From assembly GCA_032718475.1 (NCBI GenBank), contig JAUCBJ010008027.1, positions 1 through 64,000 of the forward strand: a stretch of DNA of 64,000 nt. Direction: 5' to 3'. The notes under the pieces are model-generated. The model saw nothing but the letters and a program-made list of their open reading frames with translations. It had not been told where the DNA came from and did not search any database. Within the stretch, counting starts at the first letter, position 1. Every line of letters starts with the position of its first letter. This document shows positions 37,179 to 49,011 of the stretch, piece after piece. The DNA comes from Nemertoderma westbladi. Lineage: Eukaryota; Animalia; Xenacoelomorpha. The translations under genes and the position numbers were made by a program.

Positions 37179-38517
37179 TTAAACACATTTGTCATTGTCA
37201 CCAATGTCCGCAGCAGGATCTTGAGTAGGGAACTTATCACCTCTCGTAGAGTCACCGCTATCATTGCCTTCGAGAAGGCACAGCCTCTGGATAGGGCGTT
37301 GGTAGTGGCCCTTTGCCGTTCGTATCGTCACAGTCCTCGCAAGTCCGTCTTTGCTCGGATGTATTGCCGCGACTCGCGCCACAGGCCAGTGGACGCGGTC
37401 TTTGAGATCTTCTTTTACTAATACCATGTCGCCAACTGCGACATTCCTGTAGGTGTTGTTCCACTTCCTCCTGGTCTGGAGGGTTATGAGGTACTCCTGG
37501 GCCCAGATTCTCCACCAATGCGCTGCCAACGCTTGGGCCTTCTTCCAATTTGTATGTCTCGCGATCTTGTTGGGATCCGGGAACATGGTCTCTGGGAGAA
37601 CGTGAGTTTTGGGTCTCCCCAGTAGGTGGTTAGGAGTGAGGGGCTCCAGGTCTGTGGGGTCGTCGCGGATCGGGACAATGGGTCGGTTGTTCAGGGTAGC
37701 CGTGATCTCGCAGAATGTTGTGCGGAGGGTGTCATGGGTTACCCGTGTGTCTCCTAGAGCGACGCGCATGGATCGTTTCACTAGGTCGATCAGTTTCTCC
37801 CATACCCCGCTCATATGGGGTGCTAAGGGGGTCTGGAAGTGCCACTGTATCTGGTGTTCCTTCCAGACTTGGGATGCGGTGTTGTCGGTAAACCATCCCT
37901 CGATCGCCTCTCTAAGTTCTCGTTCTCCTTCCCACAAAGATTGTACCATTATCGGAATACATGTAGCGACATGTCCCGTTGTTCGCCACGAACCGACGCA
38001 GAGCGTTGATGAATGCGTGTTGCGTCAGGCTTACCACAATATCTAGGTAGATTGCCCTAGACCTTAGGCAGGTGAAGATGGCTCCCCAGCATTTGATGTT
38101 GGATCGTCGTTCGATGACCGTAAACGGTCCGAAACAGTCCACTCCGGTGACGTAGAACAGTGGGGAATCTGCTTGTAGACGGGTGGCTGGTAAGTCGGCC
38201 ATCTTTTGGGTGATTGGTGGCGCTAGATATCTTCTGCAGGTAAAGCAACGTTTCAACACTTTCCGGATCAGTGGCTGGATGTGGGTGATCCAATATCTTT
38301 GTCTTATATTAGCTATAATCCAGTTCTGTCCTGCGTGATGGTTGTCCTCGTGACATTGTAGAATTAATAGCTTAGCTAGTGTCGACGTTCCGGGCAGAAG
38401 CGCCGGGTATTTAACCTCATATTCGACCGGGGCGTTTGCCATCCGGGTATTCAGTCGGATTAGTCCGTCCTCTCCCATCATTGGTCTCAGTTGGTAGACT
38501 GGGCTGTCCGGTTTCAA
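37179..38517 (-). pseudogene. pol: BEL integrase of element B (frameshift near 37940)
   Basis: HHCC (CHEDNHH..CFTC), GVDCFGP, SDNGT, GVWEKL, LNNRP, LTPNH, DUF5641-like C-terminus RPIQRLCLLE. Confidence 0.93.
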
Positions 38518-38607
38518 GGTTTTGCCCGCACTAAGTTGTTCCCATTCATCGGGGAAACTTTCTCTCTGGACATATCTAACGATACACTTCTCCGCGATAA
38601 TGAGTTC

Positions 38608-41100
38608 TTATATATTCCGTTGAACTATCGGCTTGTTGTCTTTCCACCGTAGGAAGTTACGAAGGGTTATAACGTGGTGGATGAGCCGTCTCATTGATGA
38701 AGTTCGCTCGATCAACAGATGTAAAGACGCTGCTGGTTGAGTGATCGTCGCGACGTTATAGTGCCTGCCCGAGTCCTTTGCAGGCTCAGTCAGACAACTA
38801 TAAATTTCCACTGCGTGGCTTCGATGGATTTTACGGATCTCTTTATCGTCCTCGGAGTATTTTCCGCTATCGAGTTCGGGGTCGAATTGGGTACTCCATG
38901 TTAATTGTGGCTGCTGTAGGAATTCCGGACCTGTAAGCCAGAGTTTACTTTTACCGAGTTGTTTTGGGGTGGCGCCTCGGCTTGATAAGTTCGCTGGGTT
39001 TTCTTTCCCATTCACATGGTGCCACTGTTCTCGGCCAGTACACTGTTTAATCTCCGTGGCTCGGTTCGCAACAAACGTGGTGTGACGCCGTGATGGAGAA
39101 TGGAGATAATAGAGAACGATACTCGAATCGACCCAGAAGTGTTGAGATTCGATGAGGATTCGTAGGTTCCGCATGACCATGCGGTTCTGTCTTACTGCCC
39201 AAACTGCAGCCTGTAGCTCGAGTCTTGGAATCGTTGCTACGAATTCCATGGATACTGTCTTGGCTTTAGAGAATAAGAAGCTCGTATCGCCGTTTCCATC
39301 GTTGCTTAGTCTTCGTAAGAAGGTGACTACACCGATTCCGGTATTCGAAGCATCCGAAAAGGTATGGAGCTGGAAGATATCGGTGGGTAGTTTATCGAGG
39401 AAGAACGGTCGAGGGATCCGCATAAGATGTAGGTGTTTGAGCTGCTCCGTCCATTTTCTCCATTTGACGCTGAGGTGTGGGGGGAGTTCTTCGTCCCATC
39501 CCAGTCCTTCTATCCACATTTCCTTAATCAGGTTCATTCCGGCCAAGGTTACTGGAGATATGAAATTTAGTGGGTCGAAGATGGCGCTTTTTATCGACAA
39601 ACATCCCCTTTTCGTCATAGGCTTGGATAGGGGTTTATATTTGAAAATAAATTCGTCTGATTCTATGTCCCATTCAATCCCGAGTACATGGTGTTCCACA
39701 TCCTCTGAGTACATTTTGTTGTTGTCCAGTCGGATGTCCTCCGGAAACTTTTCCATAAGTTTCTTGTCGTGGGATCTGAACTTCACGAGCGGGAAACCTC
39801 CTTTCTTTAAGCATTCTACCATCCCCATTGCTAGCCGATATGCCTCATCCACATTATCCGCGCCGGCGCATCCGTCGTCTACGTAGAAGCATCGTCGGAT
39901 GGTTTCTATGACGATTGGAGGGAACTCGTTTTCGCACATAGTTGCCGTCCTCTTCAGCATGTCACTACATGCTACCGGCAAGTCCTTAGCGCCGAAGATC
40001 CTGACGACCATACGCATTACGTCTACGTCCTTTATTGTAAGTTGACTAATCTCCTGTTGAGTTAGTGTTTTATCCGTCCATAGGATACGTAGACAGTCTG
40101 TTTCTCTTGGTAGCGTACGAACCTGATGAAACATGGCTTTGATGTCGCAGGTGAATGCTATCCGGTTTTCTCTGAACCTGATCAATACGCCAATGAGTGT
40201 ACTATATATGTTGGGTCCCGTATAAAGCTGACTATTCAGGGATTCGCCTTGATACATAGCAGCGGCATCATTGACTACTCGGATTTTCCCGCCCTTCCGG
40301 GCTTCTACCACATAGTGGGTTGGAAGATAATATGTTCTTTTACCACCTTGCAATTCATTTCGTGGTACCATTTCTGCTAATCCATCGTCGAGATATCCTT
40401 GGATTACGGTATTATATTTCTCCTTTATCTCGGCTTGGTCATTCAGCCGGCGGAGAATTCCCTTAAGTCGCCTAAGGGCCATGTTAGCGTTGTTTGCCAT
40501 TGGTTTGTTCGGGTCCTTCCATAACATGGATGAACACCAGTGTCCGTCGTTGAACGTGGCCTGGTCCAGGACATCCATACAATATCGATCTTCCTTGGAC
40601 GGGTTTTCGTCCTTTTCAGCAAACTCTTGGGTCTCTAGATTAAAGTATTTAGTCATCTCTTGCTGGGTTTTTTCGGTCTCAAGAAATAAATCCTCATTGA
40701 GGTCTGTAGCTGAGCAATAACCCACGGATGTTACATTTTCTTTAATCTGACATTTAGGAAGGTATGTATAGGTATCAGTAGTCTCTTCCTTGATGCCGCA
40801 GAGGGTCCATCCCATTATTGTTCGTTCAGTGTAAAAGCCATCATCCTTTTTTATGGATCGGGCGACATCTCCGGTTGGTATGTGTAATTCCGGTGTATCA
40901 AGTCTGATCAGTAGGGTGATGCGGTTTACGTCCAACTGCGGACACCTCAGATCTACATCGTCTCGGCCCAATTGTATGAGGGGGGCGTACTCGGCTGATT
41001 GTCGGAACCGCACTCGGAGGTCTGTGTGTACCAAGGCGTTCTTGATGGTTAACCTAACCGTTTCGTAGCCCTTCATTACTCCTTCCATCTGGAGTTGCAC
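38608..41100 (-). pseudogene. pol: BEL reverse transcriptase / RNase H of element B
   Basis: YYLPTH, KIRVVNDA, SLN..GP, DIKAMFHQV, FYVDD, FDPL, FSDAS, TIPRLEL, NPANLSSRG; separated from neighbours by stops. Confidence 0.93.
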
Positions 41101-41178
41101 CTCCCCGGACTCTACCTCTTTGTTATCGGTGATGGTTTGTATGGGCCGTTTACAAGGTGCATATTCTAGTCCGAGTTG

Positions 41179-43986
41179 CTAGAGGAAATCCCGGTCGATG
41201 ATGGTTCCGTCAGACCCTTTATCAAGGAACGCGAGTGTCGTCAGGGATTTGCCAACTCCTTGAATCCTTACTGGGATCACCTTTGCAAAGACCATGTAAC
41301 GGCAATTTATAAGATTAATCGTGGCTGAAATATTTGTTACTTGTGGTTTATCGGTGGAGATTTTAAATGGATTGGTTTCTCTCCGTTGGGTTGTCCGGGT
41401 TCCTTTGAAAACGTGGTTCGTTTCTCCTCTTCGCTTGGCTTTGATCCGAAAGGGGAGGGTAGTGAAATCGAAGTTTGCGGGGATGTGGAGGAGCGTGTGA
41501 TGACGTAGGTCGTTACAGACCGCACAGCATGATCTTTGGTCACAATCCCGAACATAGTGACCCGTACCAAGACACCGGAAGCATCCTCGGTGTTTCATAA
41601 TCGCTTCGAAGCGTGGGACGAGTTCGGCAAACTGGAACTTCCTGCAGAATTCAACTTTATGTTTCTCTCCACAATAGAGACAGAGCAGGGAATTTGTGAT
41701 GCCTTCCCTCTCGGGTGCCCAATTCGCGAGATAACATGCCCATTCCTCGGCGGATGTCGGTTCCTTGTAGTCTTCATCGTCGGAATCCTCGGCCATGGTT
41801 ATGGCCATCGTACTCACCGGTGGGGGGCGGAATCTTGGTTTTGGAGGGGGTATCTTACTCCTGGAGTTGCTCTCTATTCCGTCCAACTTGGCGAGACTCT
41901 GTTTTGAAAACATCGAGTCATTCATGGCTTCGGAGATATTGTCCAGGAATGCCGACATTTCAAGGAAGCTGGGGTCTCGATCTGGATGTCTGCGCCGGAG
42001 ATCTACGCATTTATAGGCCCACTTACTTTGTAGCCATCCGGGGAACTTCCGGGCGATCTGTCGGAGGTTTAGAATGTTGTTCACCTGGTCCTCCTTATTT
42101 AAGGGTTTCAGAGTATAGTAGGCATCCTTCATTGAGTCAGAGAATTCCTGGATGTTCTGTGGGTCCCCTAGTGATCCCGCATCCTGTATCAGTCTCTCTA
42201 GAGTTTTATTAATTATAGTTCCGGTATTTCCGTATCTTTTATCTAGAGTTTTCCATGCGTCATAGTATGCCTCATGAGAACCTCCCTCAAAACATGCAAT
42301 AATTCGGCGTGGTTTGTCACCCAGGTATTGCGATAAATATACCAATTTCTGTGCGTCGGCTATGTCCGTTGATCCAATCTGCGCAAAGAACCGTTTCTTG
42401 AATCTGAGGTAATCGATGGGATCTCCTTCGAAGGTGCGGATCTTTATCTTGGGCATGGCAAGGCGGTTTTCTAATGCCCAGATAATGCCGACGTCGTCTG
42501 AACTGGAGTGACTCGGAGGGTTATAGTTATTGGCACTCTCTCCCATACTCGATGGATCAATGATAGGTGGAGTTTTAATGATGACGCGACTACGGGTTTG
42601 TGGTGTGGATGTAAACGGGTTGTTGGATCGAGGAGTGGCGTCCCGTTCCAAGTCCCTTTCAGGCTCGTACTTGGGTACACTCGTTGCCGTGGGGTTGGAT
42701 GGGAAATACGGTTCCTCATTTTTAAGCGTAGCCGGTGGCGGATGGAACACCGGTGCTTGTGCCAATAACGTAGACTGTATGGTAGGCGGGATCTTGGGTT
42801 TCGGAAGTTTCGCCGCTGTTGGTGTAAATGACTTCTCTAATTCCGGTACCGGGATTGGTTCATATTCCTGATCTATATCCCTTTCCCAGTCCTCATATAG
42901 TTGAATATCTCGTTCTATAAGTGCGGCTTCGTATTCCGCGAGTTTCGCAATATCCGCTTTCTTTTTGTGGGTGAGAATCGCTTGGGCCTCAGCGTGTTGT
43001 TTACGCATTTCTGCTTCCCATTTACGTTGTTCAATCTCTTGTTTGGCCTCTCGTTCACGTTGTTCAGCTTCCCGTTTGGCCTCTCGTTCACGTCGTTCAG
43101 CCTCCTGTCTATGTTGTTCGGCCTCCTGTCTACGTTGTTCGGCCTGCTGTTCAGCCTCCTGTCTATGTTGTTCGGCCTCCTGTCTACGTTGTTCAGCCTG
43201 CCATTCAGCCTCCCATTTGGCCTCTCGTTCACGTCGTTCAGCCTCCTGTATATGTTGTTCGGCCTCCTGTCTACGTTATTCGGCCTGCCGTTCCGTTTCT
43301 GTCAATGTTGTTCGGCCCGTTGTTCGACCTCTTGTTCGGCCTCCCGTTTTTGCATTTCGGCGGCTAATATATCTTGCTCGGTTCGCAGTTGAACGTACTC
43401 GTCTTCCATCCGAGCTTTGAGGGCTAACGCCTTCTGTTCTCGTAGCTGGTCTCGGAGTGGCTGACCCCCTTGAGAACCGGACTGAACCGGACACTGTGCT
43501 CCTAGCGCTGGAGTGCTAATTTCTAGAGGACCCCGATCTCCTTCTGTGTACTGCTGTCCTGGTGCTGGAGGTTCGCACTGATTCTGCGTCTGTTCTTTCA
43601 GCTCTCTTGTAGTACTGTTCTTCATAGCCTCTCACAAGGCTGAGGGTCCTCCGGTGTTGTTTGCGGAACCCATCTAGATGTACAACATGTTCTTCTAACC
43701 TGGAGTAGTTTTCCTGATCGGTGGAGGGAACGAGCTCTTGGTACGCCTGTATCATTCTTTCATATCGCTGTAAGATATTTCGGATACTTTGAAGCTGAGT
43801 TTGTACCTCATTGAGGGGGGTTTTGACTCCCTTGAGTTGTTTCTCCATCCGTTGATACGCTCGAGTTACTCCGCCTTTGAGAGCCCCTAGTCGACGGGTC
43901 ATGTTCTTGACGTTCGGTACCTCGTCGGCTTCCGAGTCTGTGTGGTGATCCATCTCGTCGGTATCGGATACGTTATTTGTCGTCAT
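41179..43986 (-). pseudogene. gag: BEL gag and protease start of element B (frameshift and stops in the coiled-coil region)
   Basis: Frames 43516-43986, 43302-43625, 41179-43008; FEGDP..KLVYL..RYG; three zinc knuckles; FLDKGSDGT protease site. Confidence 0.9.
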
Positions 43987-44174
43987 TGTAGCGCCTCATC
44001 GATAGCTAGATATGTGATGTCATAAAACAGTTCCTCGTAGGTATTGTACTCAGCTTGGACCACCCGAACGGTAATCCTGAATCGTCCGACGTTCATTCCT
44101 TGTACTTCAACTTCGACGTGCCAGATTCCTGGCTCAACTTGGATTATATCAATGGGTGTGATTGATACTTCCAT
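43983..44174 (-). CDS. 63-aa upstream ORF whose stop overlaps the gag B start (ATGA)
   Basis: ATG at 44174; TGA at 43985-43983 overlaps gag ATG at 43986-43984. Confidence 0.4.
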   Translation of the reverse strand: MEVSITPIDIIQVEPGIWHVEVEVQGMNVGRFRITVRVVQAEYNTYEELFYDITYLAIDEALQ

Positions 44175-44422
44175 TCCCTGTTAACAACTCTCCAAATATG
44201 TGATCTGCCGACTACGAGTTGGTTAGATCGAGTTTGTTGATTAATTAAACCACGACTTTGTCTTAACTCAAATACCAGAGTTTCCTCGTAGTGGGTGCTG
44301 GCAAGCACGTAGAGAGTTTTGAAGAGTATTGTAGGATTCTCAACCTCCACCAGTTGAAGTTGGCCGCGTTTTATTCTCAATTTTGACACCCTGTCAAAAT
44401 TGACCGTAATTATTCTCAATTT

Positions 44423-45688
44423 TGTTGCCGTTATCCCTACACCAGGGGGGAAAAACGCCGATGCTGGAGACGTGACTTTACAGACCACCGAGCCCCGGCC
44501 AGTCACCGGATATTGATTGTGGAGAAGGAATGATTTCTGAGATGCAGGTTGCGGTTGAGAAAAAGCTGCATTAGTTGGATATACTCTTTAATGTAACTGA
44601 ACTCTGTTGAACCTGATTGAGAATAATTTTGGGCTTCCCCAAACCAATATACACCAAATATTCACAATAATTATACACGACAATATAAATCCCTACAGTA
44701 TATTATTTAATTACCCACTGTTCGCTCAGATTTTAGCCTACCTAATGTTCCCCAGATTTTCCCTTGGTCCTAGTCTTTGGTGCCGTAGTGTCGGTGTCGG
44801 TCGACCCTGTTGCGTGTCCGTTCCACCCCTCCCGAACCCCGAAGGGTTCGATCATCGAGAACCAGCACGGCTTGGCTAAGGGTCGGTCCAGTCGGTAGAC
44901 TCTGTCGCGTATCCAGAACCACCCCTCTCGAACCCCGAAGGGATCGGTCATCGAGAACCAGTACGGCTTGGCTAGGAGTCTGTCGTGTCGGTGGACCCGT
45001 TCACGTGTCCGTCCCACCCCTCACGGACCCCGAAGGGAACGATCATCGAGAACCAGTACGGCTTGGCTAAGGGGTCTGTCGTCGGTTCCCGTCGCAAGTC
45101 CCTGGTACAAGCAGCCGGAGTTCCGATGTCCTTTTCAGGCTCGTAATAACTGCTGTTGACCAGAGACCGCTAAGGGCAGTCCTCGTCAAACCCTTCCTCT
45201 GTAAGTCGGCCGCCCTTTCGCGTGTCCGTCCCACCCGTCGCGAACCCCGAAGGGATCGGTCATCGAGAACCAGTACGACTTGGCTAAGGGGGCTGTCGTT
45301 TCCCGTCGCAAATCCCTGACGCAAGCAGCCGGCGTTCTGATGTCCTTTTCAGGCTCGTAATAACTGCTGTTGGCCAGGGACCGCTAAGGGCAGTCCTTGT
45401 CCTTTAGGCCTGGCGCGTTACCAAATCCACCCCTACAGGCAGCAGGAAGTTGGCCAGGGCCTAATAGTAATCAGGCTAACCTGAATACTGCTTGAATTTT
45501 CCATCCCCCCTGGCCCTTATAAATATGAAATTATTCCCGTACCCTGTAAGTTGCCCCAAAGTTCGCCCATAAATCGCCCCCAGTTTATAGAATGTGCCCA
45601 AAACCCATGGTCCCGCACCCAGTAGTAATATCGGAATAATCAATTTTAATAAATACAAAAAATATTCAACTCGCGTATACCGTGAACA
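44423..45688 (-). repeat. 5' LTR of element B (1266 bp)
   Basis: Direct repeat of 33415-34905 lacking one ~210-bp internal block; four hairpin units. Confidence 0.95.
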
Positions 45689-46839
45689 GCAAGTCTAGTA
45701 ATTCAGTATCACTGTTAGCTTAGTAATTAATTACCGATACTCAATGTAGCGTGATATATATACAATATATTAGAATACCGGTATACTTATAATATATAGG
45801 TATTATTACAGACTAGATTTGTCACAGAATACCGGTATGTAATTCCAGCACAAATATATATAAATATATAATAGGCCTATCGTGAATACCGGTATACAGC
45901 TTACACTTATAGTATATATAAGTATAATTATGGACTAGAATTAATTACAGAATACCGGTATAATTTCAGCCTAAATTTATAGAAATAAATATAATAAGCC
46001 TATTATAAATACCGGTATGTCAATTATTTTAAATAATTGAATTTCTGAATTTTTAGGGGTTACTTGGTTATTTTACTTACTTTATTACAGTTATTTGAGC
46101 AGTAGTCCAACTGATATTGAGACCTAATTGTTGTATCGCAGGCCTACTATTTATAAATCGTTTGAGTTGATTTATAATATATATATACCCGTTTAATGGG
46201 TTTTGTCAATATTTGAAATAAATGTTATTATTTCTGGGGGAAGTCACTACACAGAAGCTGTGCGCTCTCAGTGAAGTGCTACTTATTGGACACTAAAACA
46301 AATAATTATAATTTACCTAAGTTACTTAATACTACAAATTACGTACAATTCGGTGGGAGATTACAATCTCTAAATAAACACAAAAAATTACAAGTACGAA
46401 TGTTTAGGGTAATTTTACAAGAAGTCTACAAACCAGCCTAACAAAGGGTTAGAATATCTGGTTATTACAACGGACAGGGTACTATGGTATTTGAAAATAA
46501 TAAGTAGTAGTAAATATATTGCGCAGTCCAGATAGGAAAAATACCACCGTCTGACGACCTGTAGCCGTATCGCTATAGGTACTACGTTATGTTTCACGGA
46601 GTGTTCCTACCTAGAAGTTAATTACCGCGGTCTACCAGAACCAACGTGCCTATTAACCACTTTACAACACAAATATACTGCCTACACACTAATCACCTTC
46701 GGAAAGCACTGTACACTAAACCCTAAATTAGGTACAAGTACTTGTACAACAAATAATCAGTAGTTAAAAATACTTGAACAGCTAAAAGAACCACGGTATC
46801 TGCTGGAGTGACCAAAGCACAAAATCTCCAGTCTTTACC

Positions 46840-47447
46840 TATCACGTTGGCTAAAAGAATCCTTTGTGAAGATTCTATAGCCGGGAAGGAAATAAGGAGG
46901 GCCGGTCAGCCGGTTGCGGTACTCCAAGTATTTCTTCCCCTGGGCCACGTGTAAGCCTTGACTGGGCTGATAATTCTAGAGCTCCTTTTATAAGGATGTC
47001 CAAACCTCCCAAACAGACTCCAGGCTCTCTCTGCACCTTAATATAAATACCCAAACTACCAAACCCAATAGAGTTACCTGATTGCCAAAGTTACCTTGCT
47101 CGCTTGACCGCGAGTGAAGCCCCTCCCCACGGCGGAATAGAGTGACGGAAATATAAGTTGTAACCCACGATATGATAGAGAACGGACAACGGACCCGGTG
47201 ACCTGGTGGATCGTTCTAGGCGCTGGCGAGTAATGTTGTCTGTTATTGTAGGATTGGGAACAAATCCCATAAGAACTTTATGAATTTTCCCAGTCAGTAG
47301 TTAGCAGTACTGCAGTATGCCTACATCGGTAGGCTACTCTCTGTGTTGCAGGAGTAGTGCAGTCGTGTCCTGTCACTTCTGCTGTCTGCTATCTGATGGA
47401 TACCGGAAGTGTCATTTTGTCATTTTACAGGCCACCAGGTGACGTCA
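46840..47447 (-). repeat. 3' LTR of element C, last ~42 bp deleted
   Basis: Matches 58945-60662 once the TTAA insertion is removed. Confidence 0.92.
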
Positions 47448-49011
47448 TACCACTCCCTAAAAAATTTATTTATAAGTTATTTATAAACAAAAAGGAAACT
47501 GGCGGTACAATAAATTGCACGTAATCCCTTCACCATTATGACACACGTAAATAATTATATTGGTAACACAATACGTTATTAATAATTGTTGTAAACTACT
47601 ATATTTGTGACTATCACATACTAAACTATTAATTATTTACGTAGTTGTAGTTAAGTATATATGGTGTATACATTTTGAGTTGGAACTCAAATTAATTAAT
47701 TATCAATAAGGGAAAATAAACTAACAAAGGCATTTAATTTACTTATTGCACCGTTATTACAACAACAACAAAAATTTCTAAAAATTTACGATTGAGTATG
47801 ATTAACTCGAAATGAAATACTTAGTACTTGCTGGCTCCCATTTAGGCAAGGTTTCTCTAGGTAATGTTTGCTGAATATGCTGACCCAGTAAACACTATTG
47901 CACTATATGTATAACTTAATATATATTCTTAGAATAATAACATGATTAATATAATGGACTTTCTGAATAAAACTATATTACCGGCAAGTAAAGTTATCAT
48001 ATCAAAGAAATTATCAACAAAACAAGTATTAACAATATAAACATTTCAACGCCAAATTAATCAAACTTCTGAAATTCTAATAGACTCCGTTTTCGGGGAC
48101 TGACTCCTGAAGGTCATTCACCCGGTGTTTTTCCCGTCTGCAGGCAATTTCCAAGGAAAGGTTGAGATAATTATTAGGTTCACCGGTAAGTTAGATAACG
48201 AGTCACCCATCACGTCACGCAGATCCGATCCGTCTAGGTATATATAGGTCTAGCATCGGTCCAACGAAACATCTTTGTCCCAGGACGTCTGTGGTTCCGT
48301 AGTCTAGGTAAATAGCCGTTGCCGTGGGGAGTCAAATGGAGTATTCCAAAGTTGGCGATAAGGCAATTAGTCCCTCACCCACCGTTCGATTCCCCCCAAT
48401 AATAATAAACCCATAGAGATAGCCTGGGTTTTTCTATATTATTATTATGTTATATAGTATCACACTGTTTCATTCATAATCAAAATCAATCCAATCAGGC
48501 GATTACCTCTTAAAATGTAAAAGTAATCAAATTGGTGATAACTTAAATTCACCAAACTGAAACCAAGAGGAAGAATAACTTCAGAGATTAATTATTTTTT
48601 AATTAATTAAACAGTTTTAGTTATAATAAATTTTATTTTTATTTTTTAAACACTCCGACCCTCCTTCGGTCTAAAATGTATTTTATTAAGTCATTAAATT
48701 TTTCTCGAATTACTTTTGAAAGTTGGTCATTAATTAAAATTTTATCGTTAACTATAAATTCAACAAATCTCAATAAATTTAAATAAATTTAAATTTATTC
48801 CCGGAATTATGTTTATATGTCTCTATGTATGTCATATTTTGTTCTAATTCATGCGCTAGTTTCTTAGATCAGATAAATATGAACATCATACGATCTATTC
48901 ATACTAAACATACAACGCATTATAATACACACATTCTTTGCTATATTAAATCGGTTATCTGTATACAGTTTCAGTTAATAAGTAGAATCATTAAAGTTAT
49001 TAACACGGCGT

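Larger units (their letters stand above)
33415..45688 (-). mobile_element. BEL/Pao LTR retrotransposon B, full length, degenerate ORFs
   Basis: Two TGTT...AACA LTRs; 5-bp TSD GCAAG at 33410-33414 and 45689-45693; PPT GGGGAGGAC (34906-34914); PR-RT-RH-IN order with BEL motifs. Confidence 0.96.
25457..46841 (-). mobile_element. BEL/Pao LTR retrotransposon A, internally deleted, interrupted by element B, 5' end lost
   Basis: gag-protease-RNase H remnant at 29705-33365; leader resumes after the element B TSD at 45694; ends at a deletion junction with LTR C at 46841. Confidence 0.75.

Noticed and set aside
39152-39886. Plus-strand ORFs opposite pol genes (also 52883-53527) and 15996-16595 opposite the WD40 exon
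   Set aside because: Antisense shadows of real coding frames, with no motifs of their own.
46840-46848. Non-canonical TAT...ATA LTR termini for element C
   Set aside because: The other copy continues through AATAAA to a CA end; the shared TA bases are junction microhomology and PPT spacer.
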